A stretch of DNA of 63,979 nucleotides, counting the filler, from Thermoplasmatota archaeon (GTDB lineage: Archaea > Thermoplasmatota > E2 > JACPAO01 > JAHFTW01): assembly GCA_041623215.1 (NCBI GenBank). It is 12 parts of 12 records of this genome, joined end to end, with 100 filler letters (N's around TTAATTAATTAA, not from the genome) between each part and the next. Parts side by side here need not be neighbours in the genome. Positions count along the whole stretch, not along the records: positions 22,016 to 27,271 come from JBFJXH010000126.1; positions 27,372 to 32,624 come from JBFJXH010000127.1; 10 more parts are not named here. The stretch is one strand, 5' to 3'. Below the pieces are notes generated by a model, which saw only the letters and a program-made list of their open reading frames with translations, searched no databases and had not been told where the DNA came from. Below are positions 22,016-30,263 of this stretch, in pieces (positions within the stretch are counted from its first letter, which is position 1; each line of letters opens with the position of its first letter). The position numbers and the translations under genes were made by a program.

Positions 22016-22581
22016 AGCACATCCAAGTATTGCTGGAACCAAGCATGCTGTGGCAGCAGGTAGCCAATGGTCGGCCAGCCCTTCTCGCGGCAGCCGCGCA
22101 CAATGGCGGCGTGCTCCCCGCTGCACGTGTGATACCACCGTCGGGGCCGACGGACTTGGCGGCCAAATTGCACCAACGGCACATCTAGCGGCGTCTGCAT
22201 GAGCCCCCATTCCGATTCATCCAGTAGCGACTGCGCCGCAGCCACGTGCTCAACGGCACCGTTGTGACTAGCAACGCTAATCGCCTGCTGTTCGGACGAC
22301 AGGTTTGCCAATTCGTCGGTGAACACCTTGAGCATCAGGGGCTTCATCATGGACCGGCCGTAGCAGAGGACATTGCCGCCAAACGAATGAATCACGCCCG
22401 TGGGCGTCGCCCAGGCAACCGCTCCGTGAATGGTGGTCTCCGATACGCCGTGGCGCCGATAGTCCACCAAGGGCATCCACTCCACGTCCCGCCCGGTGGG
22501 AATGTCCGCTTCGCGTTCTCCTAGCGGGCTTGTGGGGTACTGCTCGGAGCCGGGGCCGCGAAGTCGACCATGCGTCGCCAC
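22016..22581 (-). CDS. Class-3 (Rhizobium etli-type, Asparaginase_II) asparaginase-like amidohydrolase; 3' partial
   Basis: RSMMKP (SxxK), ASHNG..EH, HTCSGEHA (family motif NCSGKH), YL.P.H. Confidence 0.85.
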
Positions 22582-22628
22582 GGGTGCCGGAACATGGCGC
22601 CCCTCAAAGGCCGTCCGCCCAGGTCCTC

Positions 22629-23453
22629 CTAGTCAACGTCCCAAACCCGCACAATGCCATCAGCGCACGCCACGGCGATGCGCGCGTCATGCGGACTCCA
22701 ACCCACACCATAGGCGCCCTTTACGGGGACGTCGGCGCTCCACAGGGGGCTTGCATCAGGAAACGAGTAGGTGGCAACGGCGTTGTCGCTGGTGACCGCC
22801 ACCGCCGTGTCGGCGTGATTCCACGCCAGTCCGATGCCGGTGGGCACGTTGGCGCTGCCAAGCGTGTTTCCGTGCAGGTCCCAGAAGCGAAGCGAACCGT
22901 CGTGTCCCGTTGATGCCAGCCTAGTACCCCCCGGCGAAACGCGGATGTTCGTGACGGAGCCGCCGTGGCCCTCCCACGACCCTGTGACGGTCCGGTCTCG
23001 AACCACGTGGATGTCGGTGGTGCCGCCTAGGAATGCCATGTCGCCAACGACTGCCGAGGAAAAGATACGCTTCTCTGGCATGGGCAATACATGCGTCTCC
23101 GCGCCCCCCGAGTCCATCAATACCACTTGCTTCGATTTCTTGTGCGCAATGATTTGGTCTCCCGTCGGGCTCCAGGAGCCATGGTCGACGGCGGGGACGC
23201 ACCAGCGCTGGTGGCGCTCTGTCAGGTCCCAGCAGCGCAGGGTATGGTCGCTACCCCCGGAGAGCAACAGGTCGCCGCAAAGGCTCAGTCCATACGACGT
23301 GGCGGTATGGCCCCGCAATTCCCAGGCCACTTGTGGTCCGTCCCAGGCCTTGATGACTTGATCTTGGCCACACGTCAGCAAGAGGTCTTTCCACCACAGG
23401 GCAGATTGGCTGTGTTTTGCATCGGCGCGAAGGGACCAAGTTGGCTGTGACAC
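22629..23453 (-). CDS. WD40-repeat beta-propeller protein
   Basis: Repeated GH...S.G.D.TLR.WD units. Confidence 0.88.
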   Translation of the reverse strand: MSQPTWSLRADAKHSQSALWWKDLLLTCGQDQVIKAWDGPQVAWELRGHTATSYGLSLCGDLLLSGGSDHTLRCWDLTERHQRWCVPAVDHGSWSPTGDQIIAHKKSKQVVLMDSGGAETHVLPMPEKRIFSSAVVGDMAFLGGTTDIHVVRDRTVTGSWEGHGGSVTNIRVSPGGTRLASTGHDGSLRFWDLHGNTLGSANVPTGIGLAWNHADTAVAVTSDNAVATYSFPDASPLWSADVPVKGAYGVGWSPHDARIAVACADGIVRVWDVD

Positions 23454-23532
23454 ACGAAATCATGGAACCGTGGCGCCTTAGGGTTGTTGGCGTTGCACCT
23501 GAGCCGCCAAGGCCGAGCCGTCCGCAGTGGCA

Positions 23533-24786
23533 CTACGCTGCGACCGTGCCCGCTAACTGGGGTGCGACTTTGGCCATGAAAGCTTCCATGTTGCGGATGA
23601 CGCGGCCCGAGTCATGGTTGAAGAAGTCAAACCATAGCATGAGTCGGTCTTGGGGATGGTACCGTTCGGCTAGTTGCTTTGCCACATCATGGGCATTGCC
23701 GATGACTGCGTTGTCTGCGGCGCCCTCAATCTTCTGCGAGTCAATCGTTCCTGTGAGCGCATTCCAATACGCCGTCAGGGCTGCTTTGGCCTCCGCTTGG
23801 GCTGCCTCAGTTTGTTGTTGCGGCGTCAGGCCCGCTTCATCGTTCAGAAACACCATGACGGTCCGGGGCATCATGTCACGAGTCCAGGGACCCCCATCCT
23901 CGTGATAGATGGCCGCCATGCGTTCATGCGTGGCTTCAATGACATGCGGGGGCGTGATGGATAGGTTGGCCACTTGACAGGGCAGGAACCGATTGGCAAG
24001 CGTCGCAATGGCCGGGTCATGGCTGCCAGCAACGAGTTGCACCAGGTCGCGACGCCACTCCTGTGGCACCACTTTGATGTGTTCGAAGACAAAGCGCTTG
24101 GGCAAGACCACGTGCTCGGTCCCGTCACGTTTCTCGAGGGCATCACACGCCTCGGCGGCGCTACGGATGCGAGTCCAGTCTTCCGGGGTGCGGCACTCCG
24201 CTTCCGTGATGGTGCGAACCGGGATGTCGTTGCTACACAGTGTTTCTCCAGCAAGGAGGCGACAGAAGATTTCCGTCGCTTCGTGGAACCACTTTCCCTT
24301 GAGGAACGGATAGGGAATCGCGCGTTCCAAGTCGTCGCGGGGGACGTAGCCGTGGGCTCGGTTCATGTAGTCGAATCGCCCGGCGCTGAAGCCGACGTGG
24401 ATACGCCGCGCCTCCTGGGCATCGAGCCCGTGTAGCGACGCGAAGAAGGCGATTCGCTCGGCGGCGGCGATGGGGCCTCCGCCCTGTAGGATGTTCATGA
24501 CGGCCGAACCCACCTCGATGTGGTTGGTCCGGCGGAAGATGGCGTGCGCCGATTGCAACATGTCGCAGTTGAGGCCAACTTCCCCCTCCCAATGGGGGAT
24601 GACGGGGTGTTCGTTTTGCTTCTGCACTTCGCTACTCAAGTGGCTCTCGGCCAACCAGGCAACGCCGTAGCCGAGTCGGTCGGCGGCAGCCACTTGTTCG
24701 AGCCAGTTGCTGAACATGGTGGCCTCGTCCGGGGTGTAGCCATCAACGGGCGTTTGGCTGATCGAGAAGAAGACGTCGAAGTCCAA
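23533..24786 (-). CDS. Luciferase-like (LLM class) flavin-dependent monooxygenase
   Basis: AADRLGYGVAWLAESH, T..IEVGSAV, AERIA, GFSAG, EAT.IF..LL.GE, FMAKVAP; TTG start. Confidence 0.88.
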   Translation of the reverse strand: MDFDVFFSISQTPVDGYTPDEATMFSNWLEQVAAADRLGYGVAWLAESHLSSEVQKQNEHPVIPHWEGEVGLNCDMLQSAHAIFRRTNHIEVGSAVMNILQGGGPIAAAERIAFFASLHGLDAQEARRIHVGFSAGRFDYMNRAHGYVPRDDLERAIPYPFLKGKWFHEATEIFCRLLAGETLCSNDIPVRTITEAECRTPEDWTRIRSAAEACDALEKRDGTEHVVLPKRFVFEHIKVVPQEWRRDLVQLVAGSHDPAIATLANRFLPCQVANLSITPPHVIEATHERMAAIYHEDGGPWTRDMMPRTVMVFLNDEAGLTPQQQTEAAQAEAKAALTAYWNALTGTIDSQKIEGAADNAVIGNAHDVAKQLAERYHPQDRLMLWFDFFNHDSGRVIRNMEAFMAKVAPQLAGTVAA

Positions 24787-24843
24787 CGGGCCTTGGAACG
24801 GGGGCCGGTTGTCAAGCGTTTGGACCGGCAGTTGCCGGCCTAC

Positions 24844-25587
24844 CTACGCCGGACTGGTGCCTTCAATGTCCGTGATGCGCTCGCGGACCTTCCACAGTTC
24901 GGGCCACCGCATAATCTGGATGTCTTGCTCCAGCTGGTGGACGGCGTAACCCTTGAGGCTCTTCACGTCGCGACCAATGATACGCTTGACGACGGCCAGG
25001 TGGACTTCCCGCCATTGGTAGATTTCCTGGTCTAGGTCCGTCATGGCTTCCAGGAGCAGGAACAGGTCGGGGCGGTGGCCTTGCTGCATGTAGATGGATT
25101 CCAAATCTTCGCCTTCGCGTTCGAGAAGCGCCTCCAGCCGTGGCCAGATGAGCGGCGCCTCGGATTGGATGCGGCGGAACCCGGGGGATTCGGCTCCAGA
25201 GCCCGCCCCCAGTTGGCGCCTGACTTCGTGGAAGTCGCGCGGCGTCATGGTGTCAAAGACGGCGAGCGCGGCGCTGTTGGCGTGGATGGCCTTGCGGCAG
25301 CGGCGCAGGAGGCGCACGGCGGTGGCCCAGCGGTCTTCGTCCAGGAGGTCGCCGACGCGGTGCAGCTCGAAGCAGACCATGTTGCACCAGAGTTCCCAAG
25401 CTTGGTGGATGGTTTGGAAGAGCACTTCGTCCGGGTGGGCGCGCTCTTCAGGCTTTTTCTGGAGTGCGAGAAGGTCATCGACGCGCATGTAGCGTTCGTA
25501 GTCGGTGGCGCCTTCACCAGGAAGGACCGGGCCAGTGGCAGGGTCGGCGGCGCCGTGGTGGATTGGGCAGGCTGCTGCTTCGGTCAT
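24844..25587 (-). CDS. kynA: Tryptophan 2,3-dioxygenase family heme enzyme
   Basis: Y..Y...D.LL.LQ, DE.LF..IHQ..ELW, MTP..F...R..LG..SG..S..FR, WR..H...V.RIIG, PELW..R. Confidence 0.85.
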   Translation of the reverse strand: MTEAAACPIHHGAADPATGPVLPGEGATDYERYMRVDDLLALQKKPEERAHPDEVLFQTIHQAWELWCNMVCFELHRVGDLLDEDRWATAVRLLRRCRKAIHANSAALAVFDTMTPRDFHEVRRQLGAGSGAESPGFRRIQSEAPLIWPRLEALLEREGEDLESIYMQQGHRPDLFLLLEAMTDLDQEIYQWREVHLAVVKRIIGRDVKSLKGYAVHQLEQDIQIMRWPELWKVRERITDIEGTSPA

Positions 25588-25653
25588 TGGACAAGTTTGG
25601 GCATTCGTCCCTGCGTTTAGGCATTGGGACGCGTGCTTTGACTCGGCGAATGC

Positions 25654-25665
25654 GAATCTTAATAT
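25654..25665 (+). promoter_or_regulatory. Putative BRE/TATA element between kynA and the divergent small ORF
   Basis: GAATCTTAATAT in an AT-rich patch about 25 nt upstream of ATG 25690. Confidence 0.5.
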
Positions 25666-25689
25666 CATACCCGATACCAAATGGATTGT

Positions 25690-25782
25690 ATGTCGCTTCA
25701 CGAGGACATTCCAACTTGGGCTTGGTGGCTGATTGGGCTCGCAGTATTCCTCATCATCTGGCTCATCCTCTGGTTGCTCTAG
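25690..25782 (+). CDS. Unannotated 30-aa Trp-rich single-pass membrane peptide (MSLHEDIPTWAWWLIGLAVFLIIWLILWLL)
   Basis: ATG..TAG frame (alternative ATG 25681), clean hydrophobic helix, TATA-like box at leaderless spacing. Confidence 0.6.
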   Translation: MSLHEDIPTWAWWLIGLAVFLIIWLILWLL

Positions 25783-25929
25783 CGCCGGACAAGAAAAGGC
25801 TACGAACAGGGCGCTCCCCTTGCAAGGAGCAGCAGCCAGGGGCTAGCGCCAAATCACCGACAACAGGAAGTCGCCGACGGCCAAGCTAGCGGTCAGGCAC
25901 CGGGCAGGCTGGCGGCGTCACCGCGCCGG

Positions 25930-27036
25930 TCAAGCCACGATGGTTCGAACGTCCCTCACAAGTTGCTCATGGCGGTTGGAATCGATGCCCAACTGCTCTG
26001 CCAGGCGACCTAACACCGCGTGCTCTCGGTCACTAATGTCCCCGTCCTCCAGGGCTCCCTCCAGGGCCGCGCGGTAGATTCGCGTCGGCTCGTCGTCGCC
26101 AGATGCGGGCGAAACGCGGTGGGCCACGGCGTCGGCCATGCCACGAATGGGCCGCGACGCGTAGGTAATCAAGAGCGCAGCGGCCAAACCAATCCCCTGA
26201 CCAAGCCGCGCCTCAACCGCGTTTTCCAACAATTCGCTAGCCACCACGAACACCGTGGCCGCCAGAGTCGCCAAAGCAGTGTGCCGCACGGCAAATCGAA
26301 TCTTTACATCAATGCCGAACAACTGATGCCGAAGGATTCCGTAGCCAACGAGGAGAGGGTAGAGAATCCAGGTCGCCGGAAACGCCATGAACCACCAAAG
26401 GAAGGTCGGGCTGGTTGGAGGCACGACGCTTAGTGCGACGGTGACGGCAAAGAACGCGACGTCCCGCATACCGAATGCAATCAGGTAAGCTCGGGCTTGT
26501 TGGCGACTCGTCGCCGTCTTGGCGTGACGGAGGGCACTGATGCTAAACGACAGCCCAACCAACCACATGACGCCCCACGCTTGCATCATGGGGAGAAACA
26601 TGGTCCCCGCTAGGACCGTCGTGCCGCCATCGGGATGAGCAACGGTGCCACCAACGTAGGCCTCAGGCCAAATGAACACGGTGGCCGAGCATGCGAGCGT
26701 TACGGCCAGAAACGCGAAACGACGCCCTTGCGGGCGAACCAAGCGTGCAAGCGGCGTCGGCAACGTGGCAAGGAAATTGTAGTAGGTCCAGAGCTTCGGC
26801 CAGACGAACGCGTACATCGTCAGGGTGAGGGCAACGGACGCTCGCGGGTCACGAATGAACCACGTAAGGCCCGCCAATGAAGCCACGACGAACGCTTCGA
26901 TGAATAGCTGCAGGGCTAATCGGCGGTTCTGCGTTGCATCCGGGCGGGCCCAAAAAATGAAAGCGGCCATGGTGCCGCAGACGGCAAGGACCAGGAGGGC
27001 AGGAATGCCCCACGGCGTCCACACCAACCATTGCAT
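25930..27036 (-). CDS. Multi-pass membrane protein (7TM sensor-like N-terminus, small helical C-terminal domain)
   Basis: Many TM segments, YGILRHQLFGID motif typical of 7TM kinase input regions, tail YRAALEGALEDGDISDRE. Confidence 0.7.
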   Translation of the reverse strand: MQWLVWTPWGIPALLVLAVCGTMAAFIFWARPDATQNRRLALQLFIEAFVVASLAGLTWFIRDPRASVALTLTMYAFVWPKLWTYYNFLATLPTPLARLVRPQGRRFAFLAVTLACSATVFIWPEAYVGGTVAHPDGGTTVLAGTMFLPMMQAWGVMWLVGLSFSISALRHAKTATSRQQARAYLIAFGMRDVAFFAVTVALSVVPPTSPTFLWWFMAFPATWILYPLLVGYGILRHQLFGIDVKIRFAVRHTALATLAATVFVVASELLENAVEARLGQGIGLAAALLITYASRPIRGMADAVAHRVSPASGDDEPTRIYRAALEGALEDGDISDREHAVLGRLAEQLGIDSNRHEQLVRDVRTIVA

Positions 27037-27099
27037 GGCCAAGGCAGGTGGTTACTGGTTTGAAAGCTGCGCCCAGGCATCACGCGGGCCCAGGGCGAC

Positions 27100-27270
27100 C
27101 TAGGCTTGGCGGGGCAAAGAGACCAAGTCCGCCAGTATCGCCGCCGCGGTTTCCGTTGCACCTGCCCCTGCACCCACGTGGGTCACGGGCCCCCCCAGTT
27201 CGCGGTGGAAGCGAACGGCATTGAGGGCGCCGCCAACATCCAGCGTGTCGCCGATGGGAACGAGTCGGGG
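27100..27270 (-). CDS. hom: Homoserine dehydrogenase C-terminus (5' partial)
   Basis: Manual translation LDVGGALNAVRFHRELGGPVTHVGAGAGATETAAAILADL matches the HSD C-terminal GxGAG..ETA..il.D motif. Confidence 0.75.
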   Translation of the reverse strand, partial: PRLVPIGDTLDVGGALNAVRFHRELGGPVTHVGAGAGATETAAAILADLVSLPRQA

Positions 27271-27391
27271 ANNNNNNNNNNNNNNNNNNNNNNNNNNNNN
27301 NNNNNNNNNNNNNNNTTAATTAATTAANNNNNNNNNNNNNNNNNNNNNNNNNNNNNNNNNNNNNNNNNNNNGCACCTAGTCTCGCCGCCCC

Positions 27392-28729
27392 ATGGACTCC
27401 CTGCGGACTCTTCTCACGCTGGCACTCGTCGCCACCGCCCTAGCCGGGTGCATCGACGACGACGCCGACAGCCCCGACGGCGGCGACGCCGACGTTCCTG
27501 CCTGGCAACCCGCCAATGACGCTCACCCCGCCTACGGCTTTGCCACCAGTGCTAGCCTTCCGTACGCTGGCGAAGAAATGAGTGGCATCCCCAGCGACTG
27601 GTACCAAATTGACCCCGCCGCACTGCCGGAGACCATCACAGCCTTCACCCACATCAACAGCGCGCCCGAAGCCACCACCGGAAGTGGCATCGCAACCTTC
27701 GGCCACTACGCCTACGTTGGCGACTGGCAAAGCGACGACTTGTGGATCATCGACATCGCCGACCCGTCCGAGCCCTTCGTGGCCGGCACCGCTAGTGGCC
27801 TGTCCGGGGACATTGACACCATCGCTTACCCCGATGGCCGCCTCGTAATCGTAGTCTCCACTCGTGGCAACGACATGCTCGTCTTCGATGTCACCGACCC
27901 CCAGAACGCCGAGCTCATCGCCACCATCAACACCGAGAATGGCAATCACAACCACCAAACCATTCCCGGCACGCCCATCGTGTACAACAACCCCAGCGAC
28001 GGCCAAGGTGGCGGCAACGAAATCTATGACCTCAGCGACCCGGAAAATCCGGTGCTGGTCCAAGATTGGCAAAACGGCTTCGGCTGCCACGCCGCCAGCT
28101 TCTACATTGATGCCAGCCGCGACATGTACCGTGGCTACTGCGCCGGCGTGGAAGAGTCGCAAATCTGGGACATCACCGACCCCCTGAACCCGACCGTCAT
28201 CACCAGCATCCCGTTCCCGACGCTCGGCATCGAGGGCGGACCCGGCGGTGTGGCGCCAGCCAGCTTCAGCCACCTCGCCATGCCCAACTACGATGGCAGC
28301 ATCCTCATCATCGGTGACGAAACCGGTGGCGGCGCCGCACCTGGCTGCGACCTCTACATCCCCGGCGCACCCGCTGCCACGCACGGCCCAGCCGGCAACC
28401 TGTGGTTCTACGACATCAGCGACGAAACCAACCCCGTCCTGAAGGGCCACATCAGCCCCGGCGCCGAAATGTCCCGTGGCTCCTGCACCGCCCACTTCGG
28501 CGACATCATCGGCGACCGCGACCAACTCATCATGGCCTTCTACACGGCCGGCGTCGTGCTCATTGACTTCAGCAACCCCGACGAGCCTTACATCGTGGAC
28601 CAATTTGCGCCCCGCGACGAAAACCAACCTGCCTGCACCCTGTGTGGCACCTGGGATGCCCAAGAGTACAATGGCTACGTTTTCACCGGCGATGTCAGCC
28701 GTGGCATGGACATCCTAGGCTTCGAGTAA
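27392..28729 (+). CDS. LVIVD-repeat lipoprotein
   Basis: Lipobox LAGC, repeated I.DI.DP..P, His pairs (NHNH, GCH, FSH, CTAH). Confidence 0.85.
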   Translation: MDSLRTLLTLALVATALAGCIDDDADSPDGGDADVPAWQPANDAHPAYGFATSASLPYAGEEMSGIPSDWYQIDPAALPETITAFTHINSAPEATTGSGIATFGHYAYVGDWQSDDLWIIDIADPSEPFVAGTASGLSGDIDTIAYPDGRLVIVVSTRGNDMLVFDVTDPQNAELIATINTENGNHNHQTIPGTPIVYNNPSDGQGGGNEIYDLSDPENPVLVQDWQNGFGCHAASFYIDASRDMYRGYCAGVEESQIWDITDPLNPTVITSIPFPTLGIEGGPGGVAPASFSHLAMPNYDGSILIIGDETGGGAAPGCDLYIPGAPAATHGPAGNLWFYDISDETNPVLKGHISPGAEMSRGSCTAHFGDIIGDRDQLIMAFYTAGVVLIDFSNPDEPYIVDQFAPRDENQPACTLCGTWDAQEYNGYVFTGDVSRGMDILGFE

Positions 28730-28782
28730 GCCTACCTGCCCGGGTCCATCCGCCTAAATAGTGCCACGGGGCTGGAAGGGTC

Positions 28783-29811
28783 ATGCGACAACTGCTTGTG
28801 GGCCTGGCCCTCGGCATCCTCCTGACCGCCTCCTTCGCCAGCAGTACGCACGACCCGAACGATCCGCAGCCGGTCGTGGCACCGCCCGGCGTGGGCCCCC
28901 AAGACCCGTGGGTAGATGCGCGCGGCGACAGCATGTACGGCGACTTGTACCTGCGCGGCCACACCCTCTGGTTCGACGACGTAGCCCTCCAATTGAATCA
29001 AGATGGCCGCCTGACACTGGACGGCAACCTGATTTGCTTCGTGGGTGAGTCTGCTTGCCTGGGCATCAAAGGCGACCGCGGCCTGGCTGGTCCCCGCGGC
29101 GTACAAGGCGCCATGGGCCCCGTTGGCCCCATGGGCCCCACCGGCCCGCAAGGCCCGCCCGGTGACACCGTCACCGGCAACTGCCCCACCGGCCACTTCG
29201 TCGTCAGCATCCAATCCAGCACCATTAGTTGCGACAGCAGCGCGGGCCTACTCGATGGCATTGACAGCAACCAATTCCTGCGAAGCGACGCCGACGACGC
29301 TACCAGTGGCAGCCTGACGGTCGGCCAAAACCTCCACATCGACGGCGACGTAACCGTCTCACCCAGGGTCCGCCATTACAGCATCAGCCCCGTGGACATC
29401 GTCATGAGCCACGACGGCCAAGACTACGAGCGCACCCAAGAACACCTGCGACAAGGCAGCCCCGGCACCGACGTGACCGGCTTTGCCCCCGTCCACCTAC
29501 CCGACGGCGCCACCGTCACCAACGTACGCTTGTACTTCCAAGACAACGTACCCGACGGCGAAGTCACCGTCACCCTGTACCGGAACCTCTTCTACGGCAC
29601 CAGCAACACCATGGCCACCCTCACCAGTGGCATGACGCAAACCCCCGGTATCAACGACGTCGCAACCAGTGCCATCAACTTCGCCACCATTGACAACGGC
29701 GCCTACGGCTACGCGCTACAAGTGGGGCTCCTTGGCAACGGCGATGGACAGGATCCAACCGACGTCCAGCTCGGCGGCGTCGTGATTGACTACGTCATCA
29801 CCAACCTGTAA
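28783..29811 (+). CDS. Secreted collagen-like triple-helix protein
   Basis: Signal peptide; (Gly-X-Y) run GIKGDRGLAGPRGVQGAMGPVGPMGPTGPQGPPGD; LDGIDS..FLRSD; C-terminal APVHLPDGA domain. Confidence 0.8.
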   Translation: MRQLLVGLALGILLTASFASSTHDPNDPQPVVAPPGVGPQDPWVDARGDSMYGDLYLRGHTLWFDDVALQLNQDGRLTLDGNLICFVGESACLGIKGDRGLAGPRGVQGAMGPVGPMGPTGPQGPPGDTVTGNCPTGHFVVSIQSSTISCDSSAGLLDGIDSNQFLRSDADDATSGSLTVGQNLHIDGDVTVSPRVRHYSISPVDIVMSHDGQDYERTQEHLRQGSPGTDVTGFAPVHLPDGATVTNVRLYFQDNVPDGEVTVTLYRNLFYGTSNTMATLTSGMTQTPGINDVATSAINFATIDNGAYGYALQVGLLGNGDGQDPTDVQLGGVVIDYVITNL

Positions 29812-29895
29812 CTGGACGCCGTGCGCCTGGTCCCAGGCGCTTCGCGCCGATTCGAACGGCGCCGTCACTTCGTGGCACTTGCGTGCCACTCGTTA

Positions 29896-29968
29896 TGGCC
29901 CCGCCCGAATTTGAATCGGAGTCTGTGCGTCCCGAACGCACAAGGATACCAAGCTACCCCACGGGGCC
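29896..29968 (-). tRNA. tRNA-Pro(CGG), intronless, CCA not encoded
   Basis: GGCCCCG/CGGGGCC acceptor stem, D-loop AGCTTGGTA, anticodon arm TGTGCG-TTCGGGA-CGCACA, T-loop TTCAAAT. Confidence 0.95.
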
Positions 29969-30057
29969 GGGGGTAGCCCCGCGACAAAGGGGCCCTATAT
30001 CAGGGCTGCGAGGCAGCAATGGCAAGTATCGGCCCCGCACCCTAGGTTCGTTCCGGG

Positions 30058-30260
30058 CTAGCCTTCAGCTCCGTCTACGAATCGCTTCATTGCTTCGAGG
30101 TAGGCGCGGAAGGCGGATTTGCCTTCGTTTGTGATGCGGTAACGGACTTGGAACCCATCCGTTGTGAGTGCGTCGCGCTGGGTCATGAGGTGCGCGGCTT
30201 CCAGGCGTTTCGCGTGGGTGGCAAGGTTGCCGTTGGTGGGCCAGAGGTGGTCGCGGGCGG
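30058..30260 (-). pseudogene. Truncated winged-helix transcriptional regulator (C-terminal half only)
   Basis: TNGNLATHAKRLEAA...YRITNEGKSAF matches a wHTH recognition helix and wing; there is no start or room for the N-terminal helices before the upstream stop at 30264. Confidence 0.55.
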
Positions 30261-30263
30261 GGG

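Noticed and set aside
25690..25782. Trp attenuator leader for kynA
   Set aside because: The ORF is on the opposite strand to kynA and no terminator/antiterminator pair is evident; kept only as a small protein.
27100..27270. hom as part of the Trp-to-aspartate cluster
   Set aside because: It is separated from kynA by a membrane gene and a divergent ORF; the proximity is probably coincidental.
29806..29898. attC site between the collagen gene (CTGTAAC) and tRNA-Pro (GTTATGG)
   Set aside because: No L''/L' pairing; it folds as three separate hairpins rather than one stem.
27392..29968. Provirus or island integrated at tRNA-Pro
   Set aside because: No integrase, no viral hallmark genes and no duplicated tRNA 3' end within the contig.
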